Below the pieces are notes generated by a model. The model had not been told where the DNA came from, ran no database searches, and saw only the letters and a list, made by a program, of their open reading frames with translations. The position numbers and the translations under genes are program-made. A stretch of 64,000 nucleotides of DNA from an uncultured Gammaproteobacteria bacterium (GTDB taxonomy: Bacteria; Pseudomonadota; Gammaproteobacteria; Competibacterales; Competibacteraceae): positions 26,985-90,984 of the forward strand of contig CAVQMB010000024.1 in assembly GCA_963713445.1 (NCBI GenBank), read 5' to 3'. Below are positions 20,180 through 30,353 of this stretch, piece after piece. Each line of letters starts with the position of its first letter. Positions within the stretch are counted from its first letter, which is position 1.

Positions 20180-21208
20180 TCAATCACCGGCCTCCACCAG
20201 CAATCGCAACCGTGCCGGTAGTCGAGCCCGCAGGCGAGCACCGAACTGCCGCTCGTGGCGCTGCCAGACAATCCCCAGCCCGACGATGGCAAGGCCGAGA
20301 AACGACAAAACGACCGGGAACCACAGGCTGTGAAGGAACACACGGTTGGCCAGATAACCGAGGTACCCGGCGACGCCGAGCCCGCCAAATACCACGAAGA
20401 CGCGCCGGCGCAGGACGGTACCGACCAGCAATAAACCGACATTCAGCAGGCAGTACATGAGCCGTGCCAGCTCACTAGCGGAGTGGGACAGGCTGAGCCC
20501 AGCCCAAAATGCCAACATGCCGAACAAGTAGAGCCAGAAGCCGAAGTCAGGCCGTCGGCCCAACCGCAGATCCACCAGGAACGCCAACACCAGCATACCC
20601 AGCCCGAACCAGAGCGAGAAATCCCGGCGCAGTTCCCAGCCCCAGTCATGGCCAAACAGGAACGGGACCAAATCCATGCTCAGATACCATAGCGTCACAG
20701 CCACCGGCATCAACAGAAACGGCAGCCGGTAGCGCGCGAACAGCAAACAGGCTGCCGCCAGGGTGGCGAGCTCCATCAGAATCCAACGCCACGAGATCAG
20801 GCTATGGTAACTGCGATACACAGCGCCATCCGGCCACAAACCAAGCCCTTTCTGCAACCCATATACGGCCAGCGGCACGAGGGCTACCGCCAGCGCAGCG
20901 GTGGGACCTGCCGGCACCGGCAACCGGTGCTGTATCAGGTACTCGGTCAGCGCCACAGCCAATAGGATGTAGAGTCCGCCGACCAGCAGTAACCCCCATC
21001 CGCCGAGCAGTTCCCAGCCCAGGGTCACGAACAGCGTCATGGCGGCAATTGCGATCAGCCCACCCAGGTAGTACAACAAATGGGCCAGCCGCAACCTGGG
21101 TTGATTGCGCTCCTGTTGGCACAGAAACTGCCACAGGGCGTCGGCCTGCTGCGGTTGGATGAGCCCCTCGCGGACAACGTAATCGAGGTCCAAACGGGTG
21201 ATCTGCAT
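20180..21208 (-). CDS. polytopic membrane protein, DUF2157-like
   Basis: Start at MQITRLDLDYVVREGLIQPQQADALWQFL (ATG 21208, GGAGTG SD). A soluble N-terminal helix is followed by about 9 TM segments. Confidence 0.6.
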   Translation of the reverse strand: MQITRLDLDYVVREGLIQPQQADALWQFLCQQERNQPRLRLAHLLYYLGGLIAIAAMTLFVTLGWELLGGWGLLLVGGLYILLAVALTEYLIQHRLPVPAGPTAALAVALVPLAVYGLQKGLGLWPDGAVYRSYHSLISWRWILMELATLAAACLLFARYRLPFLLMPVAVTLWYLSMDLVPFLFGHDWGWELRRDFSLWFGLGMLVLAFLVDLRLGRRPDFGFWLYLFGMLAFWAGLSLSHSASELARLMYCLLNVGLLLVGTVLRRRVFVVFGGLGVAGYLGYLANRVFLHSLWFPVVLSFLGLAIVGLGIVWQRHERQFGARLRARLPARLRLLVEAGD

Positions 21209-21481
21209 GACCGGCACTCCAACTCCGTGAGTACGCCAGCCACTGTAACGCATTTGCCTGCCGCTGGTAGTATCGATGCGGTTTGCCTAGACTGAGCCGC
21301 GAGCAGTGGCTGTTGCTGAAGAGCTTAATCTGTAGGTTCCCGCCGGGTTGAAGCGGTGGCGTTGGTGCGCGCCTTTGGCACGACAACCTCAAAGACACCC
21401 CGCCGTCTAAGCCGACAGTCCGCGTCCAAAATTGAGGCTGCTGCGTATGAGCCAGCATCTACAAATAATCCTGGGTCTCTC

Positions 21482-22156
21482 ATGCCAGAAGCAAAACGCC
21501 ACACTGTTCCATCCCGCCGGCTGATTTCAGCCGGCAAGGCCGTGACGTTCGGCTTGGCGCTGATCCCGTTGGGATACCTCTGCTACTGGGCTTGGGTTGG
21601 CCGACTGGGCGCCAACCCGGTGCAGACCATGACCTTTCTTACCGGCGACTGGGGCCTGTACTTCTTGCTGATGACGCTGGCGGTGACGCCACTGCGACGG
21701 CTCAGCGGCTGGAACTGGCTCCAGCGCTTCCGGCGTATGTTGGGACTGTTCGCCTTTTTCTATGTGCTGCTGCACTTTCTTGTCTACCTGGTCTTCGACC
21801 AGTTTTTCGACCTGGGTTCGATCGCGGCGGACATCGTCAAACGACCCTATATAACGGTAGGCTTCACCGCTTTCATGCTCATGATCCCGCTGGCACTCAC
21901 CTCCACCAATGCCATGATGCGGCGGCTTGGCCGCCGCTGGCAGCAACTGCATCGGCTGACCTACCTGATCGGCGTGCTAGCCATCCTGCACTACCTGTGG
22001 CTGGTCAAGGCCGACATACGCAGTCCGCTCAGCTTTGGCACAATACTCGCTATCTTGTTAGGCTACCGGCTTTGGCTGTACTGGCAGCGCCAGCTGGCCG
22101 TGCAACGTTTCAAGGCGCTGGATTCAGTTATGGCCGCCCAGGCGGGCAGCGACTAA
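21482..22156 (+). CDS. msrQ: MsrQ/YedZ-like haem-binding membrane subunit (ferric-reductase-like TM domain)
   Basis: Start at MPEAKRH (ATG 21482). Contains GANPVQTMTFLTGDWGLYFLLMTLAVTPLRR and LHRLTYLIGVLAILHYLW motifs typical of YedZ. Confidence 0.65.
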   Translation: MPEAKRHTVPSRRLISAGKAVTFGLALIPLGYLCYWAWVGRLGANPVQTMTFLTGDWGLYFLLMTLAVTPLRRLSGWNWLQRFRRMLGLFAFFYVLLHFLVYLVFDQFFDLGSIAADIVKRPYITVGFTAFMLMIPLALTSTNAMMRRLGRRWQQLHRLTYLIGVLAILHYLWLVKADIRSPLSFGTILAILLGYRLWLYWQRQLAVQRFKALDSVMAAQAGSD

Positions 22157-22195
22157 GCCACGACCAGCCACTATCCTTGTAGGAAAAGCGCAACC

Positions 22196-22447
22196 ATGAT
22201 GGCAGTGATAACCGCGCTGGCCGTAACCGTGGCACTGATTGCCGGCTCGGTTTATCTGATCAACGTGTTATGGCCGCTACTGCCGGGCTGGATGATGCTA
22301 ATACTGTTCATGCTGCTTGCGGTGATCGTGATCGGTTACCCGATTTTCAGTCTGGCGCGCTGGTCGGATCGACGGCTACAGCGCCAGCGCCAATCCGGTG
22401 CCAAACCACAATACAAACATGACACTTATGCCGACGAGGATGACTGA
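22196..22447 (+). CDS. small two-TM membrane protein, unknown function
   Basis: 83 aa with two hydrophobic helices and a charged tail. AGGAAAAG SD upstream. Confidence 0.5.
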   Translation: MMAVITALAVTVALIAGSVYLINVLWPLLPGWMMLILFMLLAVIVIGYPIFSLARWSDRRLQRQRQSGAKPQYKHDTYADEDD

Positions 22448-22456
22448 TAATGCCGG

Positions 22457-23053
22457 TCAATCGGTCGCAACGGCATAGCCGAATTCGGCGGCCGAGTGGG
22501 TCAGCCAGCCCCAGAAACTGACAGCGTAGCTGCGTAGGACATAAAGGTCGAATATATCGCCACCGCTGTGATGCAGAACTGTGTGGATCCCATGCACCGC
22601 TGAGACGGCCACAGCGCCGACCGGCAGCACGCGCGGATGCAGATCAACCGGCAGACCTTTTGCCAGGACCTGCCGAACCGCTGGGCCGCGAAGCCGCAGA
22701 CCACAGCGAGCATGGCTGAGGTCGGCCACAGTCGCCGTATCGCTGTCGAACCCGGCGCGCAAGCGATCCAGTAACTCGCCGTCGGCTCCCTCGGCTACGA
22801 CCCAATAGGTTTCCGCCCCGATCGAAAGCATCGCGACTGCATTATCCGCGCTGGCACGGTTGGGTGCCGGCACTGGCAGAGTCAGGCCGGTATCGATTGC
22901 GCGGGCGAAGGCGTCAGCCCGGTCCGGCCAGTGACAAAGCTGGGCGATGAGCAGTCCCCGGCGCTGCGTCAAGGTAACACCGGGCGCGTCGGTATCGCGG
23001 CCGAAGCGCCCGGCCTCGAGGGTATGCTCCAAAGCAGAAATGGCATTAGCCAC
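22457..23053 (-). CDS. mgdD: N-methylglutamate dehydrogenase / sarcosine-oxidase-family gamma subunit
   Basis: GTG 23053 has a GGGAGA SD 8 nt upstream and overlaps the alpha-subunit stop by 8 nt. About 198 aa, the usual SoxG size. It is last in the beta-delta-alpha-gamma order. Confidence 0.65.
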   Translation of the reverse strand: MANAISALEHTLEAGRFGRDTDAPGVTLTQRRGLLIAQLCHWPDRADAFARAIDTGLTLPVPAPNRASADNAVAMLSIGAETYWVVAEGADGELLDRLRAGFDSDTATVADLSHARCGLRLRGPAVRQVLAKGLPVDLHPRVLPVGAVAVSAVHGIHTVLHHSGGDIFDLYVLRSYAVSFWGWLTHSAAEFGYAVATD

Positions 23054-26027
23054 GGAGGCGTTCTCCCTGGGGATCAACAAAATGGGGTTCGACGATTTCC
23101 ACGGCGACGTGCTGATTGCCGAGCGGATCAGCAGCGTAGAACGTCTCGCCCAGGCGCACAGTACCACCGCGGACAAACCCAAGGCCGATTTCGCGACCCA
23201 GTTCCGGGCTGAAACAGGCCGAGCTCACATGTCCCCAGCTGTCACAGGGCTCGCGCGGTTCGGCCTCGCGCACCAGGTGCGCACCCGTGGTGAGGAAATG
23301 GTCTGGTATCACCGACCGCAGCCCTACCAGACGCGGCCGCTCCGGATCATCGAACCCGTCCCGATGCATCAGGGCCCGGCCGATGAATTCCTTCTGCATC
23401 CGCGCCAGGCCTCCCATTCCCAGATCGTGCAGGGTGCGCCGCCCATCGAGTTCAGCCCCGGTGAAATGCCCCTTTTCAATGCGCAGTATATCCATCGCAT
23501 CGAGGCCGTAGGGCGTGATGTCATGCGCCTGCCCCGCCTCTAACAGCGACGCCCACAGAGTAGACCCGTAGTCTGCGGGAACGTACAACTCATAGGCCCG
23601 CTCGCCGGAGAAACTGATACGGATGATCCGCAACGGTATGCCGGCGCCGGCCAGCCGCGTTTCCAGCAAGCCCATGAACGGCAGTCCGGTATCGCTGACA
23701 TCGTCGTCGACCAACTGCGCCAGCACCTCGCGGCTGAGGGGACCGGCCAGCGCCAACCCGGCCCACTGGTCAGTCGCTGAATTGACGCTGACCCTTAGTT
23801 CTGGCCAGAGCACCTGCAGCAGGTACTCCAGATGGCGCAACACGGCCGGTGCGTTGGCCGTAGTGGTCGTCATGAAAAACCGCTCGTCAGCCAGCCGGGT
23901 GGTGGTGCCATCATCGAAGGCAATACCATCCTCACGCAGCATGACACCGTAACGGGCCCGGCCGACCTGAAGCTTGCGCCAGCCATTGACGTAGGTCCGG
24001 TCCAGCAACAACGCCGCATCGGGCCCTTGCACATCGATCTTGCCAAGGGTAGATACGTCGGTAATGCCCACTGCCTGCCGAACCTGGCGGGCTTCGCGAA
24101 TAGCGGCATCGCGGCGACTCTCACCGGAGCGGGCATAACCACTCGGTCGCTTCCACTGACCGGCATCGGTAAACCGCGCACCGGCTTGCTGATGCAACCG
24201 GAACATGGGGGTATAGCGCACCGGAGCGAACCGGTGCCGCACCGAGTGCCCGGCCAGCGCGCCCAGCGCCACCGGCGTATAAGGTGGCCGGAAAGTCGTG
24301 GTACCCACTTCCGCTATCGCCAGTTTGCGCTCCAGCGCCAGCAACGCAAGCGCATTGATGTTGCCGGTCTTGCCCTGATCGGTCCCCATACCGAGCGTCG
24401 TATAGCGCTTGAGCAGCTCGACCGAGTCATAACCCTCGCGCGCCGCCAGCGCCACGTCGCTGGTCGTCACGTCGTTCTGCAGATCGACGAATCGTTTGCC
24501 GCTGCCCGGTACCGCCCACAACGCGGCCGGCGCTTGCTCGCTGGATTCGGCCAACCCTGGCAGCGCCAGCGGGGCTGCATCAAACCCGCAGTCACTGGCC
24601 GCCTGCCGGCCGGCCGCGGCGCCCTGCTGCAGGCACTGGCCAAGCCGCCACTCGCCCTGACAGGCGCCAGCGCCGCGCCATGGCTCGCGCGGCGCGCCCG
24701 GCACGAAGCCGAGAATCCGCTGATCGAAGGTAGGCCGCCCGCCCGCCTGGCTGTGCAAATGCAAGGTCGGCGACCAGCCGCCCGAATTCAGCAGCAGGTC
24801 GCAGTCGACACTGATGCCGCTGGGCCGCAGACGGCCGTCGCGCCAGGCGCGCAGGGCGACACTGCGCACACCCAAGTGACCGTAGACGGCACTGACCACC
24901 ATGCCAGGATGCAATGTCACACCATCACGCTGACAAGCCGTAGCCAGCCCGGCCGGTGTGGCGGGCCGCGGATCGACCAGCGTCACCTCGGCACCGGCGC
25001 GGGCCAGATCGCGGGCCGCCAGGTAACCGCTGTCGTTATTGCTGAACACGACCGCCCGCCGGCCCGGCAGAACCGCGTAACGATTGAGATAAGTGCGGGC
25101 GGCGCCGGCCAGCATCACCCCGGGGCGATCGTTGCCCGGAAAGACCAGCGGCCGCTCGATGGCACCGGTCGCCAGCACCACCTGACTGGCACGTACAATC
25201 CAGTGTCGCTGACGTGGCAGGTGCGGCGGCGGTTCAGGCAGGTGATCGGCGGTTCGTTCCACCAGTCCCATGACATTGCCATCGTAATAGCCAAACGCCG
25301 AGGTGCGAGTCAGGATCCGCACCTCCGGCAGTTGCTCCAGCTCGCCCGCGGCCTGCGCCGTCCACTGGCGAATCGGCTCGGCATCGGCTGGCGTACGGCC
25401 CTGCGCAACACTGCCACCCAGAAACGGATTCTCATCCACCAGCAGGACCCGCGCACCGCTGCGCCCGGCCGCCAGCGCCGCAGCCAACCCCGTCGGACCG
25501 GCCCCGACCACCAGCACATCACAGAACGCCTCAATCCGTTCGTAATGGTCCGGATCCGGGTCATAGCTGGCACGTCCCAGTCCCGCCGCTTTCCGGATGA
25601 AATGTTCGTAGAATTTCCAGCCCTTAACGCCGGGCCACATGAAGGTCTTGTAGTAGAAGCCGGCTACGAACACGCTCGAAAGCAAGCTGTTGACGGCACC
25701 GACGTCGAACCTCAGGCTGGGCCAGCGACTCTGGCTCTCGGCCTCCAGGCCATCATAGAGTTCAACCAGCGGTGCCCGCGTGTTCGGTTCACGCCGGGCG
25801 CCCCAGCGCAGGGTGACCAGACCCGAAGCCTCTTCCGGGCCGGCACTGGAAATGCCGCGCGGGCGATGGTACTTGAAGCTGCGGCCGACCAAACGCACGC
25901 CATTGGCGAGCAGAGCGCTGGCCAGGGTATCACCGGCGTAGCCTTGGTAGAGGCGACCATCGAAGCGGAAACTGACCGGTTGGTTGCGGTCGATAACGCC
26001 GCCGCGGGGAAGGCGCACGCCGCTCAT
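23046..26027 (-). CDS. mgdC: N-methylglutamate dehydrogenase / sarcosine-oxidase-family alpha subunit
   Basis: 993 aa. Rossmann motif VLVVGAGPTGLAAALAA, with a C-terminal GcvT-like folate-binding domain. Confidence 0.8.
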   Translation of the reverse strand: MSGVRLPRGGVIDRNQPVSFRFDGRLYQGYAGDTLASALLANGVRLVGRSFKYHRPRGISSAGPEEASGLVTLRWGARREPNTRAPLVELYDGLEAESQSRWPSLRFDVGAVNSLLSSVFVAGFYYKTFMWPGVKGWKFYEHFIRKAAGLGRASYDPDPDHYERIEAFCDVLVVGAGPTGLAAALAAGRSGARVLLVDENPFLGGSVAQGRTPADAEPIRQWTAQAAGELEQLPEVRILTRTSAFGYYDGNVMGLVERTADHLPEPPPHLPRQRHWIVRASQVVLATGAIERPLVFPGNDRPGVMLAGAARTYLNRYAVLPGRRAVVFSNNDSGYLAARDLARAGAEVTLVDPRPATPAGLATACQRDGVTLHPGMVVSAVYGHLGVRSVALRAWRDGRLRPSGISVDCDLLLNSGGWSPTLHLHSQAGGRPTFDQRILGFVPGAPREPWRGAGACQGEWRLGQCLQQGAAAGRQAASDCGFDAAPLALPGLAESSEQAPAALWAVPGSGKRFVDLQNDVTTSDVALAAREGYDSVELLKRYTTLGMGTDQGKTGNINALALLALERKLAIAEVGTTTFRPPYTPVALGALAGHSVRHRFAPVRYTPMFRLHQQAGARFTDAGQWKRPSGYARSGESRRDAAIREARQVRQAVGITDVSTLGKIDVQGPDAALLLDRTYVNGWRKLQVGRARYGVMLREDGIAFDDGTTTRLADERFFMTTTTANAPAVLRHLEYLLQVLWPELRVSVNSATDQWAGLALAGPLSREVLAQLVDDDVSDTGLPFMGLLETRLAGAGIPLRIIRISFSGERAYELYVPADYGSTLWASLLEAGQAHDITPYGLDAMDILRIEKGHFTGAELDGRRTLHDLGMGGLARMQKEFIGRALMHRDGFDDPERPRLVGLRSVIPDHFLTTGAHLVREAEPREPCDSWGHVSSACFSPELGREIGLGFVRGGTVRLGETFYAADPLGNQHVAVEIVEPHFVDPQGERLRG

Positions 26028-26302
26028 GCCGGATCCTCTTCGTCGTATAGGGTGCGGGCCAGCCGGGCACCGAACACCTCATGGGTACCGGTGTCACGCT
26101 CTACCACCAGCCAGGCACGGCAGCCATGACCATGGTGCCAGAGTTCCTGATGACGGCCGCGCGGGTTATCACGCATGTAGACATAATCGGTCCATTGCGC
26201 GGTAGGGGCATCGGCAGCCGGGCGGCGCACCGTGGCGTCGCCCAGATAAGTAAACTCGCTGTGGTCACGCAGGCCGCAATGCGGGCAGGGAATGCGGATC
26301 AT
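26024..26302 (-). CDS. mgdB: N-methylglutamate dehydrogenase / sarcosine-oxidase-family delta subunit
   Basis: 92 aa. MIRIPCPHCGLRDHSEFTYLGDA is a SoxD-type N-terminus. 4-nt overlap with the alpha-subunit gene. Confidence 0.8.
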   Translation of the reverse strand: MIRIPCPHCGLRDHSEFTYLGDATVRRPAADAPTAQWTDYVYMRDNPRGRHQELWHHGHGCRAWLVVERDTGTHEVFGARLARTLYDEEDPA

Positions 26303-26314
26303 GATCGCTCGCGC

Positions 26315-27571
26315 TCAATGACGATTGGGATACGGTCCGGTGCTTTCCTCGTCCAGCAGATGGCCGGTCGCGAAACGTTCCAGACTATAAGGACGGTTGA
26401 ACTCGTGCGGTTCATCGTGGGCGATCGTGTGCGCGAACACCCAGCCGGAACCGGGTGTAGCCTTGAAACCACCGTAGCACCAGCCACCGTTCAGATAGAG
26501 ACCGTCGACAGGGGTCTTGCCGATGATCGGTGAACCATCCATGGTCATGTCCATGACGCCGCCCCAGTGGCGCAGCAGACGCAGCCGCCCCAGCATCGGA
26601 AACATAGTGACAGCGGCTTCGGCGACATGCTGTACCAAGGGCAGATTGCCGCGCTGGGCATAGGAGTTGTAACCATCCAGGTCGCCACCGAACACCAGAC
26701 CGCCCTTGTCGGACTGGCTGATATAGCAATGCGCTGCGCTGAACGTGGCCACGGTGTGGATCAGCGGCTTGATCGACTCGGTCACGAACGCCTGCAGCAG
26801 ATGGCTTTCGATGGGCAACCGCAGGCCGGCCATTGCTGCCAACCTACCCGTATTGCCGGCCACCGCTGTACCGATTCGGTCGGCCCGGATGTCGCCGCGG
26901 CTGGTCTGTACGCCGCGGACTCGCTCGCCGTCATACAGGAAACCCGTCACCTCGCAGTTCTGGATAATGTCGACACCCAGCCGATCGGCGGCCCGGGCGA
27001 AGCCCCAGGCCACCGCATCGTGGCGCGCATTGCCGGCCCGCTGCTGTAGCAGACCACCATACACAGCGAAGCGGGAATCGCCGTCCTGGTATAGGCCTGG
27101 CAACATGGCGCGGACCTGGTCAGGATTGAGAAACTCGGCATCAACTCCGTTCAGACGCATGGCATTGCCGCGGCGGCGGAAGCGCTCGGCAACGCTCTCG
27201 GACTGGGCAACGTTGAGCACGCCACGCTGGCTGAACATCACGTTGTAATTCAGATCCAGGCTAAGCCCCTCCCACAGCTTCAGCGAATGTTCGTAGAAGC
27301 GGGAGTTGCCCGTCAGTTCATAGTTCGAGCGGACGATGGTGGTGTTGCGCCCGGTGTTGCCGCCACCGATATAGCCTTTCTCCAACACCGCCACATTGCG
27401 GATACCGTGATTTCGGGCCAGGTAATAAGCGGTAGCGAGCCCATGCCCGCCGCCACCGATGATGATGACGTCGTAACCTGCCTTCGGCACCGAGTCGCGC
27501 CAAGCACGCGGCCAACGTCGATGCCCTCTGAGCGCGTGCCCTAGCAACGCCCAGGCTGAATATCTGCCCAT
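26315..27571 (-). CDS. mgdA: N-methylglutamate dehydrogenase / sarcosine-oxidase-family beta subunit (FAD)
   Basis: 418 aa. YDVIIIGGGGHGLATAYYLA is an FAD-binding dinucleotide fold. Confidence 0.8.
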   Translation of the reverse strand: MGRYSAWALLGHALRGHRRWPRAWRDSVPKAGYDVIIIGGGGHGLATAYYLARNHGIRNVAVLEKGYIGGGNTGRNTTIVRSNYELTGNSRFYEHSLKLWEGLSLDLNYNVMFSQRGVLNVAQSESVAERFRRRGNAMRLNGVDAEFLNPDQVRAMLPGLYQDGDSRFAVYGGLLQQRAGNARHDAVAWGFARAADRLGVDIIQNCEVTGFLYDGERVRGVQTSRGDIRADRIGTAVAGNTGRLAAMAGLRLPIESHLLQAFVTESIKPLIHTVATFSAAHCYISQSDKGGLVFGGDLDGYNSYAQRGNLPLVQHVAEAAVTMFPMLGRLRLLRHWGGVMDMTMDGSPIIGKTPVDGLYLNGGWCYGGFKATPGSGWVFAHTIAHDEPHEFNRPYSLERFATGHLLDEESTGPYPNRH

Positions 27572-27667
27572 GGCTGGGATTCCGGTCTGTAGAAGCTGTT
27601 ATGGGTGTCTAATCCGCAAGCTTAACGGTTCCCGATCGCTGGCCGCAATCGTCCCGATACCGCGGAC

Positions 27668-28975
27668 CTACAGGTCCAGCGTGTTACGGCGCTCCCAGTC
27701 GCTCAGGCAACGGCTGTAGTCATTCCATTCCTGCGTCTTCATCTTGATATAGGCCCGGCTGAATTCATCGCCGAGGGCCGCTTGCAGTACCTCATCGCGC
27801 TCAAAAGCCCGGATCGCATCGATCAGATAAAGCGGCAGCCGCTTCACATCCGGGGCCTTGTGGCCTTCTGAGTACATATCGATGTCGAGCCGGGCGCCGG
27901 GCTGACGCTGCTCATGGATGCCCTGCAAGCCAGCCGCCAGATTGACTGCCTGTAGCAGATACGGATTGGCCGCGCCATCGGCCTGACGGAACTCGAAGCG
28001 TCCGGCATCGGGCACACGGACCATGTGGGTGCGGTTGTTGCCGGACCAAGTGATAGTATTAGGCGACCAGGTCGCACCTGACATGGTGACCGGTGCGTTG
28101 ATCCGCTTGTAACTGTTGACTGTCGGGTTGGTAATGGCACTCATAGCTTCAGCATGGTGCAAAATACCCGCCAGGAACTGGTAGGCCTTCTCCGACAAGC
28201 CCAGTTCATCGCCGTCATCGTGCATGATATTGCGGGTAGCGTGGGGATGCTCCCATAGCGACAGGTGCACGTGACAACCGTTGCCGGTAAGGTGCATGAA
28301 CGGCTTCGGCATAAAGGTTCCGCGCAGGCCGTGCTTTTCGGCAATCGAGCGGACCATGAATTTGAAGAACGCGTGGCGATCCGCTGTCTGCAGGACCGAA
28401 CTGTAATCCCAGTTCATTTCGAACTGCCCGTTCGAATCCTCATGATCGTTCTGGTAGGGTCCCCAGCCCAGTTCCAGCATGCCATCACAGATCTCGGCTA
28501 TTACATCGTAACGCCGCATCACAGCCTGCTGGTCATAGCAGGGTTTCTCAGCTGTATCGAGGTCATCAGAGATGGCCGTTCCATCCGTGTTGATGAGGTG
28601 GAATTCCGCCTCGACACCCGACTTGGGATGAAAACCCTGCGCTTCTGCGACACCGACCAGTCGCTTGAGCACATTCCGCGGCGCCTGCTCAAGCGATTTG
28701 CCGGCCATCCACAGGTCGCAGGCTACCCAGGCGACATCGCGCTTCCAGGGTAACCGTATAACACTGTCGGGGTCGGGTAACGCGAACATATCCGGATCTG
28801 CCGGGCTGAGATCCAGGTAGGTCGCGAATCCGGCAAATCCGGCTCCGGCCTCCTCCATCTGCGCGGCAGCGGCTGCCGGCACAAGCTTGGAACGCTGTAC
28901 GCCGCGCAGATCGGTAAAGTTGAACAGAAAATACCGGATATCGTTCTCTTGCGCGAAAGTTTGAAGCCTACTCAT
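27668..28975 (-). CDS. gmaS: gamma-glutamylmethylamide synthetase (type III glutamine-synthetase family)
   Basis: 435 aa with a GS catalytic domain (GVEAEFHLI, HVHLSLW, NPTVNSYKR). It lies between the mgs and mgd genes. Confidence 0.75.
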   Translation of the reverse strand: MSRLQTFAQENDIRYFLFNFTDLRGVQRSKLVPAAAAAQMEEAGAGFAGFATYLDLSPADPDMFALPDPDSVIRLPWKRDVAWVACDLWMAGKSLEQAPRNVLKRLVGVAEAQGFHPKSGVEAEFHLINTDGTAISDDLDTAEKPCYDQQAVMRRYDVIAEICDGMLELGWGPYQNDHEDSNGQFEMNWDYSSVLQTADRHAFFKFMVRSIAEKHGLRGTFMPKPFMHLTGNGCHVHLSLWEHPHATRNIMHDDGDELGLSEKAYQFLAGILHHAEAMSAITNPTVNSYKRINAPVTMSGATWSPNTITWSGNNRTHMVRVPDAGRFEFRQADGAANPYLLQAVNLAAGLQGIHEQRQPGARLDIDMYSEGHKAPDVKRLPLYLIDAIRAFERDEVLQAALGDEFSRAYIKMKTQEWNDYSRCLSDWERRNTLDL

Positions 28976-29028
28976 TGTTCAGATCTCCCCGGGTGGCATT
29001 TAGGATTATCAAAGGCATAAACCGAGCG

Positions 29029-30339
29029 TCAGGTCCAACCGGGAATCCAGTTGGTACCCGCGAGAGGTATTCGCGCCATGGCCGCTGCCTCCATGGTCAA
29101 CGCGACCATGTCCTCAGGCTCGAGGTTGTGAACATGTGACTTGCCGCAGGCGCGAGCTAAAGTCTGGGTCTCAAGCGTCAGAGTGGTCAGGTAGTTGCGC
29201 ACACGCTGGGCTGCCAACTCCGGATCAAGGCGCTGCTCAAGTTCCGGGTCCTGGGTGGTGATGCCGACCGGACATTTGCCGGTGTGGCAGTGATGGCAAT
29301 GCCCTGGCGAAGTACCTAGCACCGCATAGTCCTGTTCGAAAATCGGTGCGTTGCAGTTGAGCGCCATCAAGGCTGCCATACCTATAGACACGGCGTCGGC
29401 ACCCAACGCAAGCGCCTTGGCCACGTCGCTGCCCGTGCGAATGCCACCGGATACAATGAGCTGCACTTTGCGGTGCATGCCCAACTCCTTCAGAGCGTCC
29501 ACCGCTTGCCGCACGGCCGGCAGCGTCGGTATGCCCACGTCCTCGATAAAGCAGCTCTGGGTCGCGGCAGTGCCGCCCTGCATGCCGTCAAGCACGATGG
29601 CATCGGCACCTGCCTTGACCGCCAGCATGGTATCGTAGTGGGTCCTTGTAGCGCCGATCTTGACGTAGATCGGTTTTTCCCAATCAGTGAGTTCACGCAG
29701 TTCGTGGATCTTGATTTCAAGATCGTCGGGACCAGTCCAGTCCGGGTGACGGCTTGCGCTGCGCTGGTCGATGCCGACCGGCAGGGTGCGCATACCCGCG
29801 ACTCGCTCGGTGATCTTCTGGCCCAACAGCATACCCCCGCCACCTGGCTTTGCGCCCTGCCCCACGACTACCTCGATGGCATCCGCACGGCGGATCTGGT
29901 CAGGCTGCATCCCGTAGCGCGATGGCAAATACTGATAGATTAGCGTCTTGGACGCTTGGCGCTCCTCATCAGTCATGCCCCCATCACCCGTCGTGGTGCT
30001 GGTACCCATATCAGTGGCAGCCATGCCAAGCGCCTGTTTGGCATTCGCGCCCAGCGCGCCGAAACTCATGCCGGCAATGGTGATCGGTATCTTAAGTTCA
30101 ATCGGTTTCTTGGCGAAGCGCGTGCCGATTACGACATTGGTATCACACTTTTCCCGATACCCTTCCAGCGGGTAACGCGACACCGACGCACCCAGAAATA
30201 CCAAGTCGTCGAAATTCGGTACCTTGCGCTTGGCGCCAGAACCCCGGATGTAGTAGAGCCCTTCGGCCGCCGCGCGCTGGATTTCAGCAATCACATGCGG
30301 GGGGAATGTCGCGGATTCACGCTGCTTTCTAGGATCCAT
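29029..30339 (-). CDS. mgsC: N-methylglutamate synthase subunit C (FMN-binding GltB-domain-2-like)
   Basis: Start at MDPRKQRE (ATG 30339); GTG 30351 is an alternative. Contains ITIAGMSFGALG, VVGQGAKPGGGG and GGTAAT motifs of the glutamate synthase FMN domain. Confidence 0.8.
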   Translation of the reverse strand: MDPRKQRESATFPPHVIAEIQRAAAEGLYYIRGSGAKRKVPNFDDLVFLGASVSRYPLEGYREKCDTNVVIGTRFAKKPIELKIPITIAGMSFGALGANAKQALGMAATDMGTSTTTGDGGMTDEERQASKTLIYQYLPSRYGMQPDQIRRADAIEVVVGQGAKPGGGGMLLGQKITERVAGMRTLPVGIDQRSASRHPDWTGPDDLEIKIHELRELTDWEKPIYVKIGATRTHYDTMLAVKAGADAIVLDGMQGGTAATQSCFIEDVGIPTLPAVRQAVDALKELGMHRKVQLIVSGGIRTGSDVAKALALGADAVSIGMAALMALNCNAPIFEQDYAVLGTSPGHCHHCHTGKCPVGITTQDPELEQRLDPELAAQRVRNYLTTLTLETQTLARACGKSHVHNLEPEDMVALTMEAAAMARIPLAGTNWIPGWT

Positions 30340-30353
30340 TGCCGTCCCCACCC

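Noticed and set aside
21592-22182. 196-aa alternative-frame ORF over the msrQ-like gene
   Set aside because: It has the same strand but a different frame, with Ala/Gly/Arg/Pro-rich sequence and no TM pattern. The MsrQ frame shows the expected six-TM and His pattern.
23832-26129. 765-aa plus-strand ORF
   Set aside because: It lies antisense to the well-supported alpha-subunit gene (mgdC). The translation is Arg/Gly/Pro/His/Gln-rich low complexity with no motif. Long antisense ORFs of this kind are typical in high-GC DNA.
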